Positions 43,568 through 51,568 of a DNA stretch of 64,000 nucleotides are shown piece by piece. Numbering within the stretch: position 1 is the first letter of the stretch; each line of letters begins with the position of its first letter. The stretch is from a virus (Duplodnaviria; Caudoviricetes): positions 1,729 to 65,728 of IMG/VR virus record IMGVR_UViG_3300046005_001569; one strand, written 5' to 3'. The notes below the pieces were generated by a model, which made no database searches, was not told the DNA's origin, and worked only from the letters and a program-made list of their open reading frames with translations. The position numbers and the translations under genes are program-made.

Positions 43568-44857
43568 TTATTGCGCCCAATAAGGTATCGGTTCGTCGTT
43601 TAGTGGCACGGTTTCAATCGGTGTTGACCAGCTTTGTGCAAACTGCCTGAAAGCGTCTGAACCGTTTGAAGCGTGATTGTGTAATGGTTTGTCGCGCTTG
43701 TAACTCATTAGTTTATCGTCGTATTCATATTGATAAGACTTGAGCGCACGCAATCCTAACGCGCATTTCTCCTTGTCAAACCAGCATTGCTTTAAAATAT
43801 GCCGTGTTGCGTCGATGCCTGTTGCGATTTCCTTCACTCTCGGTACGGTTACAATGTTTGTTAAGCCGTATTCCACAAGCGCGTCATGTCGTGTAATGCC
43901 TGCAATCAATTCTGAAACTTGCACGTCATGCGGTAAATAGTGTTCATCGTATTCGTAACCGTCGCTTTCAACCTTATCAATAATCAATTTGGCGTAATGT
44001 CGCAAGTCCTTACCTGTGTTTTCGTAATAGTCGATTACTCGATGTTCTTCACCTTGCGCGTGTTGAATGAACCATATTGCCGTCGCGTCGCGTTTTCCTA
44101 AGTCCCAATAAGTGTTGACCTGTAATAATGGTTCGTGTGGCAACACTGTTATTCTGTTTCCAGCCTCAAGATATGCAAGTTCATCTTGATAGATTGCGCC
44201 CTCAATTGCCGCCCTGCATTTACCGCCCCAAACGTTCTCCGCCGCTGCGTGGTCGCGGCTGTAGTCGTCATCCTTTTGTTGTAATAACGTTTTTGAAATA
44301 AACGGGTTATCGTACCAATTGATATTGATAACAATTGAATCACTGGGCGTGTACTTGATAAAGCGTTGATAACAGTCGTCAGTTTCTAAAATTGGATTGA
44401 ATAGTACCCACACTTCGCTATTTTCCTCGCGGATTGTCGGCAATAGCACTTTAAAACTCGATTCACTGACATATTGACCTTCTTCAACAATACAAATCGT
44501 CACGCCTTCGATTGATTTAATGTTGCCGATATTGTGATGCAAGCCTTTAAAAATAAACTCCGTCCCGTTTCTGCCTACAATTGTCTTTTCTGTAACTATG
44601 TAAAACCAACCTAAACCCAACTCGTCAATCGTATCGGATAACAGTTTGTGTATTGAATCCTTGATACTTACTTGAAATTCGCGGGTACATAAGATTCGAT
44701 GTTTTCTTTTCATTCCCTGCATTAACGCGGCTTGTGCAACGGTCGTTGATTTACCGCCGCCTCTACCACCATACATAATGAAATAGCGATACCGCCTTTT
44801 ATCAAAAAGCGGCAATAGCTTTTTAGGTATCTTTAGGCGCGATTTTGCTTTAGTCAC
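43568..44857 (-). CDS. terL: Terminase large subunit (PBSX-like)
   Basis: YGGRGGGKS Walker A, CIVEE Walker B, LLPTIR, FNP, WDLG, SNGSDAFR. Confidence 0.97.
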   Translation of the reverse strand: MTKAKSRLKIPKKLLPLFDKRRYRYFIMYGGRGGGKSTTVAQAALMQGMKRKHRILCTREFQVSIKDSIHKLLSDTIDELGLGWFYIVTEKTIVGRNGTEFIFKGLHHNIGNIKSIEGVTICIVEEGQYVSESSFKVLLPTIREENSEVWVLFNPILETDDCYQRFIKYTPSDSIVININWYDNPFISKTLLQQKDDDYSRDHAAAENVWGGKCRAAIEGAIYQDELAYLEAGNRITVLPHEPLLQVNTYWDLGKRDATAIWFIQHAQGEEHRVIDYYENTGKDLRHYAKLIIDKVESDGYEYDEHYLPHDVQVSELIAGITRHDALVEYGLTNIVTVPRVKEIATGIDATRHILKQCWFDKEKCALGLRALKSYQYEYDDKLMSYKRDKPLHNHASNGSDAFRQFAQSWSTPIETVPLNDEPIPYWAQ

Positions 44858-45395
44858 TGTTCAATGCGTGCGGTGATTCAACGGGTAGGATTTCCCAATT
44901 AAATGCGTCCATGTCCACAACTTCACCATCAATAACGTTTTGTTGTGCAATTGTGTTTGTTATCGTCGCCGCGCTTGCGTGCATTGCGTCTAAGCCTGTT
45001 ACGATTCGCCCCGTTTTTAAGGTTTCCATCGTGTTTTTTGCGTTGTATGTGCTGGGTTCGCTCCGTAGTGCATCAAGTGCAATGTCTAACACTTCTAAGC
45101 CTGCATTGTGAAAATAGTTAGCTAATGCGAGTTTGTCCAGCGTCGAGGCTTCAACAATTGCGCGTCCCTGTGGCGGTAATGCGTCTATTCTTTCTTCAAT
45201 CTCTTTTTTTTCGATAATGTTCGCAACTCTATCGCTTGCAAGCTGCTCGTATAAATTAGCCCTCCATTCCTCTTTTTTAGCACGCTTTGCAATTCCCCCA
45301 AACGATATGCCTGTCTGCTTTTCAATTTCTCTTAACGCGACACCTCTCTCAAATAGTGTCCGCGCCTCCCTCCATTGAGTGTTTGAGTAAGCCAT
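44850..45395 (-). CDS. terS: Terminase small subunit
   Basis: N-terminal HTH (LREIEKQTGISFGGIAKRAKKEEW); overlaps the terL start. Confidence 0.8.
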   Translation of the reverse strand: MAYSNTQWREARTLFERGVALREIEKQTGISFGGIAKRAKKEEWRANLYEQLASDRVANIIEKKEIEERIDALPPQGRAIVEASTLDKLALANYFHNAGLEVLDIALDALRSEPSTYNAKNTMETLKTGRIVTGLDAMHASAATITNTIAQQNVIDGEVVDMDAFNWEILPVESPHALNSD

Positions 45396-45397
45396 TG

Positions 45398-45652
45398 TTA
45401 GCCCTCCGTCGCCACGTTATGCACGCCATACAAACACAAAACGCCCGTAACTACATCAATTGCAGTTTGCGGGTCGAGCTTGAAGTATCTAACAATTAGA
45501 ATAGGCAATAACAACGTCAAGCCTCGCTGCGTGCCTTGTTCGCTTAACTTGCGCTGAATTGCATTTAAAAAGCGGTTCTTGGGTTTCGGTTTGTTAAGCC
45601 GTGCATCAATTGCCGCGTCTATCAAGTCATCTAATTCATCTTGCGTCATCAT
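45398..45652 (-). CDS. Holin-like membrane protein
   Basis: Two short hydrophobic segments; lies in the lysis cluster. Confidence 0.55.
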   Translation of the reverse strand: MMTQDELDDLIDAAIDARLNKPKPKNRFLNAIQRKLSEQGTQRGLTLLLPILIVRYFKLDPQTAIDVVTGVLCLYGVHNVATEG

Positions 45653-46125
45653 TTTTTATCTCTAAACATTTGGTAGGTACGTTCATCGAGTTTTGAATCT
45701 ACTTTTTTTTCAAGTCTAAGCAGCGATTCTTCTGTCCGTCGCAAGTCCTCTTTTTCTTTCGTCGCCGTCTGTATGACGACTTCTCTAATTTTTTGAATCA
45801 TTGTCCTAATGCGTTGAAACTCAATGTCTATTTTTGACACTTGCTCAACTGACACGGATTTTTCTCTAATCGTGCTAATGTCTTTTTGAAGCACTGCGAT
45901 TTCGTCGTCCATTTTGGCAATCTGTTCGGGTGGTACAACGCTTTCGCTGATTTCCCGTAGCTCGATACGCATTTCAGTTATGCTTTTTTCAAGTCGTTCA
46001 AGCCATGACTTCAAATGCTCTTTGTGCTGTGTGTCGTTATGACGCAACAATCCCCAAAACGCCCCAACAATAGCCATGATTACGCCGATTTCAGCGTCAA
46101 AGTGTTCTTCTACAAAGTTACTCAT
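45649..46125 (-). CDS. Single-TM coiled-coil protein in the lysis cluster
   Basis: IGVIMAIVGAFWGLL followed by a long heptad region. Confidence 0.6.
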   Translation of the reverse strand: MSNFVEEHFDAEIGVIMAIVGAFWGLLRHNDTQHKEHLKSWLERLEKSITEMRIELREISESVVPPEQIAKMDDEIAVLQKDISTIREKSVSVEQVSKIDIEFQRIRTMIQKIREVVIQTATKEKEDLRRTEESLLRLEKKVDSKLDERTYQMFRDKK

Positions 46126-46571
46126 GCGACACTTCCCCCAGCTTCACGATAAGCCGATACTAAAAATGATATTGAATGTTCGCGTTGACCGTAACCTGCG
46201 CCGCTTAGACTTGCCCAGCGTGAATTACATTTGATGATTGCCTTTTCGATGTTGCCGTTCTCAATGTCATCAACCGCGCGGCATTCTTTAATTAGCTGCA
46301 ATGCAATCTTATCTTGTGAGGCAGGGCTAAAGTCTGGCAAGTTTAATTGTTTTTTGTATGCGTCGTAATAGCGTGCAAGGATTTGATAACGTCCCGCCGC
46401 TGTTGACTTGATGCCTAGCTTCGGTAAATCGACTTTAACGCGCGGGTGGTCATCGTAACCGTTGAATAACTTGCCGCCACACAACACGTCATAGCCGTCG
46501 TGTCCTTTGCCCCAAGTACCTTCTGAACGCGCAATCATGTCTAAGAATGCACGCATATTTTTTGAACTCAT
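46122..46571 (-). CDS. Endolysin, lambda-R-type lytic transglycosylase
   Basis: AFLDMIARSEGT, GYDVL.GG, HPR, STAAGRYQ, DFSPASQD, WASL.GAGYGQ. Confidence 0.96.
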   Translation of the reverse strand: MSSKNMRAFLDMIARSEGTWGKGHDGYDVLCGGKLFNGYDDHPRVKVDLPKLGIKSTAAGRYQILARYYDAYKKQLNLPDFSPASQDKIALQLIKECRAVDDIENGNIEKAIIKCNSRWASLSGAGYGQREHSISFLVSAYREAGGSVA

Positions 46572-46606
46572 TGCCAATACTCCAAGTTGATAGAAAATTG
46601 GCAATG

Positions 46607-46663
46607 ATTTTATGAATAAAACGAACTACATATTTTTAAACTAAATTAGTAAAACAGTTTAAT
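46607..46663 (-). promoter_or_regulatory. Late promoter: dyad TTTAAAC-N15-GTTTAAT (46635-46663) plus -10 TAAAAT (46612-46607)
   Basis: Copy of the repeated dyad upstream of the lysis-packaging operon. Confidence 0.8.
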
Positions 46664-47403
46664 TATTTACGCGGGTACATTTGTGCGTTGATTTGGGCAA
46701 TACATTCTTTTAACACTGTGATTTTAATGTTCGGTGCGATTTTGTGATTGTCCAAAATAAACGTTAAATCAAATAGAAGGCTCTCGCGCTGTTCGTTATA
46801 ATCCGCGCCTTGTTGTGTAGCTGGTTCGACGGGTTCAACATTGGCGACGGGTAATAATGCTGGTGGTGCAATTGGTTCGACTTGTGTCGGCTGTACTTGT
46901 TGCACTGGTGTTGGTGCTGGTGTTGGTATCGGCTGTTCTACTGACGTTGCCAAGTTCGATGTGCCTGCAACACCTTTCTTTAATGCGATTTGTCGCTTCA
47001 CTTCGGCGACGGGTAAATTCTTTAGCAATGCGTAACTGTAGATTTCACTAGCAATATCGGCGTTTTGCGGCGCGGCTATTTCATAAGCTGCCGTTATTGA
47101 AATTCCCGTCATGTCTTTATTTTTAAAAAATCGTGCAAGATTCATATAGTTTGCATTGCTGTATCGGCTACTGTTGAATAATTCCACAGTAGAAATCCAT
47201 TGTCCAAACTCTTTGTCAGATTTAAAACGTTCTCGTGCCTCCAGCAATATCAAGCCTTTGAATAATTGCGATTGTTGGTCGATTTGATTGTAACGCTCAA
47301 CAAGCTGATTGAGCGACAACACGGTTAAATCGTTTGTTTCTGCTCTCTCAATAAATTGTTGTTGGTCGTTTGCGTGTTCCAATACTGCGCGTGGTTTAAT
47401 CAT
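46663..47403 (-). CDS. ParA partner protein, putative centromere-binding (DUF3102-like helical domain)
   Basis: ATGA-coupled to parA; KGLILLEARERF....EFGQWI...ANYMNLAR motif; no canonical ParB GERR CTPase motif. Confidence 0.6.
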   Translation of the reverse strand: MIKPRAVLEHANDQQQFIERAETNDLTVLSLNQLVERYNQIDQQSQLFKGLILLEARERFKSDKEFGQWISTVELFNSSRYSNANYMNLARFFKNKDMTGISITAAYEIAAPQNADIASEIYSYALLKNLPVAEVKRQIALKKGVAGTSNLATSVEQPIPTPAPTPVQQVQPTQVEPIAPPALLPVANVEPVEPATQQGADYNEQRESLLFDLTFILDNHKIAPNIKITVLKECIAQINAQMYPRK

Positions 47404-48029
47404 TGTAAAATTTCCTGTGTGAATCGTGTTATTTCGTCTGTTGCTTTTTCGTTATCGAGTTCGACAACGCCGCGCCCCATGCTTGCCGCGTCCCTATATG
47501 CTTTCCTATCGTTGATAATTGTATTGAGCAATGCAATCGCTGGATAAGCTGCAAAGTAATCTTGCGCCTGTTTGAGTTCGTTTATCTGCGGATTCGTCGG
47601 CGACATGGTAATGATAGCAAAAGATTTTAAATTGCTGTTGTAATCACGCGCTTCATTTAAAACTTGCATCATGTATGGCAGCGTGTCTAAATCCCATTGC
47701 GACGGACGAAAAGGAGTTACAGCAATATCGGCTGCAAGCAATCCCGTTCTAAGCTCTCTTGAATCCCTGCCTTGACAATCTACCACAACATAATCAAATA
47801 GCGGTTTAAGCGTCAAAAGCGTTTCTTTGATGTTGTCGTATTGTCTAACACAGCTTACCTTTGGCAGTTCTGTTGCCTGTCTGTCCTGCGCCCAATTCGC
47901 GCTAGTGCTTTGTCTATCAGCATCAACTAGCATAACGTTTTTATTTTGCGTGGCTAACAATGCAGATAAATTTGTAGCAAGCGTTGATTTACCTACGCCG
48001 CCTTTTTCTGAACCTATTAAAATTATCAT
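47400..48029 (-). CDS. parA: ParA-family partition ATPase, short type-Ib/ParF-like
   Basis: KGGVGKST, LVDADRQ, YVVVDC, PSQWD, DRKAY; 209 aa with no N-terminal HTH. Start at ATG 48029. Confidence 0.93.
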   Translation of the reverse strand: MIILIGSEKGGVGKSTLATNLSALLATQNKNVMLVDADRQSTSANWAQDRQATELPKVSCVRQYDNIKETLLTLKPLFDYVVVDCQGRDSRELRTGLLAADIAVTPFRPSQWDLDTLPYMMQVLNEARDYNSNLKSFAIITMSPTNPQINELKQAQDYFAAYPAIALLNTIINDRKAYRDAASMGRGVVELDNEKATDEITRFTQEILQ

Positions 48030-48030
48030 C

Positions 48031-48162
48031 TTGTGTCCCCTTGTGTACTTTTTTGTGTACTTCCTATTGTGCGCGTGTACTTTTTTAAATGCAAAAAAAT
48101 AACTATTCATTTTTATTCAAATAGTTATAGCTGTTTTATTGTGTACTTTTTGTTGTGTACTT
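48031..48162. repeat. Putative partition centromere/operator array
   Basis: GTGTACTT at 48043, 48055, 48075, 48141 and 48155, flanking an ATAACTATT-N12-AATAGTTAT inverted repeat that contains an IHF-like site (48115-48127). Confidence 0.7.
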
Positions 48163-48180
48163 TTACTTAATTGCAGGCAT

Positions 48181-48205
48181 AAAAAAACCCGCTGTTACAC
48201 GGGTT
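48181..48205 (-). terminator. Rho-independent terminator
   Basis: AACCCG...CGGGTT followed by a U-run on the minus strand. Confidence 0.8.
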
Positions 48206-48215
48206 CTTCTTATTC

Positions 48216-48392
48216 TTATTTTTTCTTTTGTTTGTCGGCTTGTATTCCTAGGAGTACAAGCCTTAAAAGTTCAGGTCGTTCTTTAAGCCACTTTTGCAAA
48301 CCTGCGCGGCTCATTCCTGTCGCTTCGATAACCTCTTTTACTTCAAAGATTCCGTAATTTCTTACGGTTTCTAGTAGCGTTTTTTCTGCCAA
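48216..48392 (-). CDS. 58-aa HTH protein, not in the ORF track
   Basis: TTG start, strong RBS AAGGAGAGG; MAEKTLLETVRNYGIFEVKEVIEATGMSRAGLQKWLKERPELLRLVLLG... Confidence 0.75.
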   Translation of the reverse strand: MAEKTLLETVRNYGIFEVKEVIEATGMSRAGLQKWLKERPELLRLVLLGIQADKQKKK

Positions 48393-48448
48393 TTTCCTCT
48401 CCTTTCGTTATCACTATACAAATTGCAATGGTAACAATAAAAACAATG

Positions 48449-48667
48449 CTAATCATCAGCCCCCCCGTTATTCATCGCAACAACAAAGAATTGTTCAGAA
48501 AAATGCTTTTCTGAAACATCCAAGTAACCGCCGCCCGTGCTGATAACTTTGCGGCTGTAATCGTCGAGCGGTTTCAAGTGATACTGCAAGTGTGTTTTGA
48601 TACTGAACATAAACACATTGAATAACGCGCCTTTCGCGTTTGATACTGTAACGCCTAAGTTAATCAT
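48449..48667 (-). CDS. Hypothetical early protein
   Basis: ATGA-coupled, RBS GAGG. Confidence 0.6.
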   Translation of the reverse strand: MINLGVTVSNAKGALFNVFMFSIKTHLQYHLKPLDDYSRKVISTGGGYLDVSEKHFSEQFFVVAMNNGGADD

Positions 48668-48888
48668 TTTATTTCCTCGATTTGATTGAACATCACTAAA
48701 TCAATTTGTCTTTGAGTGCCAAAACGTTTGATGTACTCGCATAAAAAAACAACATCAAAAAAGTATTCTGTTGGATAAGGTCTTGAAATACTCGCGCCGT
48801 GCCAGTTGAGCGTAATCGTAAAGCCTTTTTGTTTCCCGCATTTTGTAAATTTTGCGGTTCTTGTCGCTTTGTTGATGATAACGTCCAT
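48664..48888 (-). CDS. Hypothetical early protein
   Basis: TAATG-coupled, RBS GGAGG. Confidence 0.65.
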   Translation of the reverse strand: MDVIINKATRTAKFTKCGKQKGFTITLNWHGASISRPYPTEYFFDVVFLCEYIKRFGTQRQIDLVMFNQIEEIK

Positions 48889-49571
48889 TAGATTACGCCT
48901 CCATCCTCGTCAAAAGTGTATTCGTTAGCGTCACACATTTCGCTTACACTTTCATCGCTGCTTTGATGTTCCCAATCAGCGTACAAACCGCTTTTGATTT
49001 CGTTGCAAGCGTCGTTAATCCATTCGTTTAAATCATCTTCGACAAAATCAAAATCGTAGTGCATATCGCAACGCGCTCTGTCGCGGTTGTTTGTCTTTAC
49101 CTTGCCGCGCATTCTGTAGAATGAACGCGCATAGATGCCGCGCAATTGAATTGCAAGTTTATGAAACTCGCTATCTTTGCCAAAATTACGTTCAACTGTT
49201 TTAACAAAACCTTTTTCATAATCAAATTGGCAGCTTTCAAACGCTACATAATCGGACTGCGAATAACAAACAGAATAATATAGTTTAGGTTCAGCAAATC
49301 CACACATTGTTAAAAAATCGGTGTAGTTTTCTGTCCATAACTCAATGCCTTCACAATGCCAGTTACGAACGCGGTCTTTTGCGCGGTCGCTTTCGAGTTC
49401 AGAAAATTTGAACGCTGTTTTTTTGCGGTCGATTTCGTTGCCGTTTTCGTCAAACATGATGCAGTTGTTGTAAGCGTGCATCGCTTGGCGTGCGCTGTTC
49501 ATGTCTAAAGTGATAATGCGTGTGTTTGCGCCTGCACCTGCTTCGGTGCTTTTAACTGTATAGTAAGCCAT
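48888..49571 (-). CDS. Acidic early protein of a family common in phage/plasmid leading regions
   Basis: FKFSELESDRAKDRVRNW...YSQSD...WEHQSSDESVSEMCDANEYTFDEDG. Confidence 0.7.
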   Translation of the reverse strand: MAYYTVKSTEAGAGANTRIITLDMNSARQAMHAYNNCIMFDENGNEIDRKKTAFKFSELESDRAKDRVRNWHCEGIELWTENYTDFLTMCGFAEPKLYYSVCYSQSDYVAFESCQFDYEKGFVKTVERNFGKDSEFHKLAIQLRGIYARSFYRMRGKVKTNNRDRARCDMHYDFDFVEDDLNEWINDACNEIKSGLYADWEHQSSDESVSEMCDANEYTFDEDGGVI

Positions 49572-49594
49572 GATAAACCTCTTTTTAAATTGAA

Positions 49595-50203
49595 TTATTT
49601 TTTTACTTCACGAATGATTTTGATGCCGTTTTGTGTGTAGCAAATTCGACACTCATTGCACGACTGATAGCAATTTATCACCGTGTCATTTTTCTTTAGA
49701 TAGTCCCGCGTGAATACCGCAAACACTTTGTCAAAATGGCGTGGCACGCGCTTGGGTTCTGAATCTAAAGCCAATGTGCTAAAGACTAGAATTAAGTTTG
49801 CAGGATTAACGGCGAGTTGCAAATCAAATACTTTGTGAACGATATTCGCCCGTTTCGTCCATAGTGCAAAAGTTGTGTCTGGATTGTGATTACAAATAGC
49901 AATCAAATTCAAAAAGTGTTGAATGTTGTGAAGTTCTCCAAAACTGTCAAAGCGAAAAAACAAGCTGTTAATAATTGGCGTTTCACGAATCGTCAAAGGT
50001 CTTTCGACGATAAACATATTTTTTTCTAACGCAACGGGTAATGCAGGACGCATCTTTTCAAGTTTTAGCGAGTAGCAAAACCCGCAAACTGCGTCTTTAA
50101 TTTTGTTCACTTTTAAGCAGAAATCGTTTATTGAAGCAGGTGTGTTGATTGACATGATACCCTTTAATTTCCCGCTGCCCTGTGTAATATGAACTACTGG
50201 CAT
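49595..50203 (-). CDS. GP88-like (radical-SAM-like) Cys-rich protein
   Basis: C...CGFCYS, FRFDSFGE, FALWTKR, CYQSCNECRICY. Confidence 0.7.
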   Translation of the reverse strand: MPVVHITQGSGKLKGIMSINTPASINDFCLKVNKIKDAVCGFCYSLKLEKMRPALPVALEKNMFIVERPLTIRETPIINSLFFRFDSFGELHNIQHFLNLIAICNHNPDTTFALWTKRANIVHKVFDLQLAVNPANLILVFSTLALDSEPKRVPRHFDKVFAVFTRDYLKKNDTVINCYQSCNECRICYTQNGIKIIREVKK

Positions 50204-50293
50204 GATAGAATCCTCTTGTTGTTTGCCGCGCTCTCGTCGAAAAGTAACGCGGCTAAATGATTGTTGTTTGCCGTTGCCTTTTGGTGGCGGCTT

Positions 50294-50719
50294 TTACCAT
50301 TCGGCGCAGTATCTCGCGTAATTGCTGCGATAAACTGCCGTGATAAATTCGCGGCTGTAGCCTTTGCCGTCGAGTGCGTCAACTGTATCTTCGATGTCGC
50401 CGACATAAAAAGCCTCGTGATTTGCCAGCTCATAAAGCACCTCGCTTTCCTCCAGCTTGTACTTTTTGATTTGTCCCCTTTCGTTGGCGCAAATTGCCTT
50501 TTCAGCTGCGATAAAAGCATTTACTTTTGATGCTGCGATAAAGCCACCGCCCCACATTTTTTCAAGGTAATCATCAGCCGCAAGCGTTACTTTGCTTGCA
50601 CCTTCGTTGAATTGTTCTTGATTGAATGCAAAGAAAATTCCCATTTCTTCAATTAGCGCGTTTCTTGCTGTTTCAGTTTCGCGGCGTACTTCGCCGTAAG
50701 TTTTTGCTTGTTCTGCCAT
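50294..50719 (-). CDS. Conserved early hypothetical protein
   Basis: FFAFNQEQFNEG...GGGF...LYELANHE motif seen in mobile elements. Confidence 0.7.
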   Translation of the reverse strand: MAEQAKTYGEVRRETETARNALIEEMGIFFAFNQEQFNEGASKVTLAADDYLEKMWGGGFIAASKVNAFIAAEKAICANERGQIKKYKLEESEVLYELANHEAFYVGDIEDTVDALDGKGYSREFITAVYRSNYARYCAEW

Positions 50720-50723
50720 TGTC

Positions 50724-50987
50724 TTATACTCCTAATACTTCGTTAATGATTTTTGTAGCGCGTTTTCTAAACGTCGCTACTGTTTGTGCTACTGCGACTA
50801 AATCGCCGTTTTTGTTCAGTGAATAAAAATGCTCGTCTGTTTCGTAGTTGCTGTGTAAGTAAAGCGAAAAACTAACAGGCTTTTTGCCGTGAATCATAAA
50901 GCTGATTGATTCCCCGTTGTCTAGTGCATCAACCTCTTTTACGCTTAAACTGAACCTTACGCCGTCTTTTGTGTTTTTGAGTGCCAT
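50724..50987 (-). CDS. Hypothetical early protein
   Basis: Start at ATG 50987 after AGGGGG. Confidence 0.65.
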   Translation of the reverse strand: MALKNTKDGVRFSLSVKEVDALDNGESISFMIHGKKPVSFSLYLHSNYETDEHFYSLNKNGDLVAVAQTVATFRKRATKIINEVLGV

Positions 50988-50997
50988 AAAATCCCCC

Positions 50998-51102
50998 TTA
51001 AAACTTGATTTGATAAAAACTTGATTTAACAATGCCGCGTGCAACATTTGTAACGCCTGCGACGATTGCACAAAGCACAACGACTGCGATTAAACCACTC
51101 AT
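50998..51102 (-). CDS. 34-aa hydrophobic peptide
   Basis: MSGLIAVVVLCAIVAGVTNVARGIVKSSFYQIKF; same AGGGGGATTT RBS as the next gene. Confidence 0.55.
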   Translation of the reverse strand: MSGLIAVVVLCAIVAGVTNVARGIVKSSFYQIKF

Positions 51103-51110
51103 AAATCCCC

Positions 51111-51368
51111 CTATTGATTCCACAAAGTCCACGCGAAAAACTCGCGTACAAATGATTGTTGTTTTGTTGTTCCGTGTTTGATTACAAACTCACAAAGAGC
51201 AACTTTAAAGCAAGGGTTTATTATTTCCTCCCCTTTGTTGTATTCCCGCGCAATGCTTGAAAGTTCAGCGTTTTGCATTAACTGAATGCTAAAACCTCTC
51301 GCGCCTTTTGCTTTAAAAACTGCCGTGCTGTTGCCGTTGGTATCACGACCTTTTGTAATTGTTGCCAT
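51111..51368 (-). CDS. Hypothetical protein, first gene of the early operon
   Basis: RBS GAGGA downstream of a consensus promoter. Confidence 0.7.
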   Translation of the reverse strand: MATITKGRDTNGNSTAVFKAKGARGFSIQLMQNAELSSIAREYNKGEEIINPCFKVALCEFVIKHGTTKQQSFVREFFAWTLWNQ

Positions 51369-51427
51369 TTTAAAATCCTCTAATTTTTGGTTTCTGGTTT
51401 CGTCCCCTGTCGCTGAACTTGTGCCAA

Positions 51428-51471
51428 ATTATAAGCACAATGTTTTTATTGTCAACACAATGTTTCTATCA
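51428..51471 (-). promoter_or_regulatory. Consensus sigma70 promoter TTGACA-N16-TATAAT with overlapping CACAATGTTT repeats
   Basis: -35 at 51455-51450, -10 at 51433-51428; repeats at 51436 and 51456. Confidence 0.85.
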
Positions 51472-51480
51472 TTAGACAAT

Positions 51481-51514
51481 AAAAAAACCCGCTAGGCTAT
51501 AAGCTGTGCGGGTT
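51481..51514 (-). terminator. Terminator after the giant gene
   Basis: AACCCGC...GCGGGTT followed by a U-run on the minus strand. Confidence 0.8.
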
Positions 51515-51568
51515 GTAGCGATTTACAGACACATTTTAAATCACCGCAATAAGTGCGGATTGTGTCTT

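Noticed and set aside
48030-48110. N-terminal extension of ParA given in the ORF track
   Set aside because: It is the repeat array read in frame; the real start is ATG 48029 after AGGGG.
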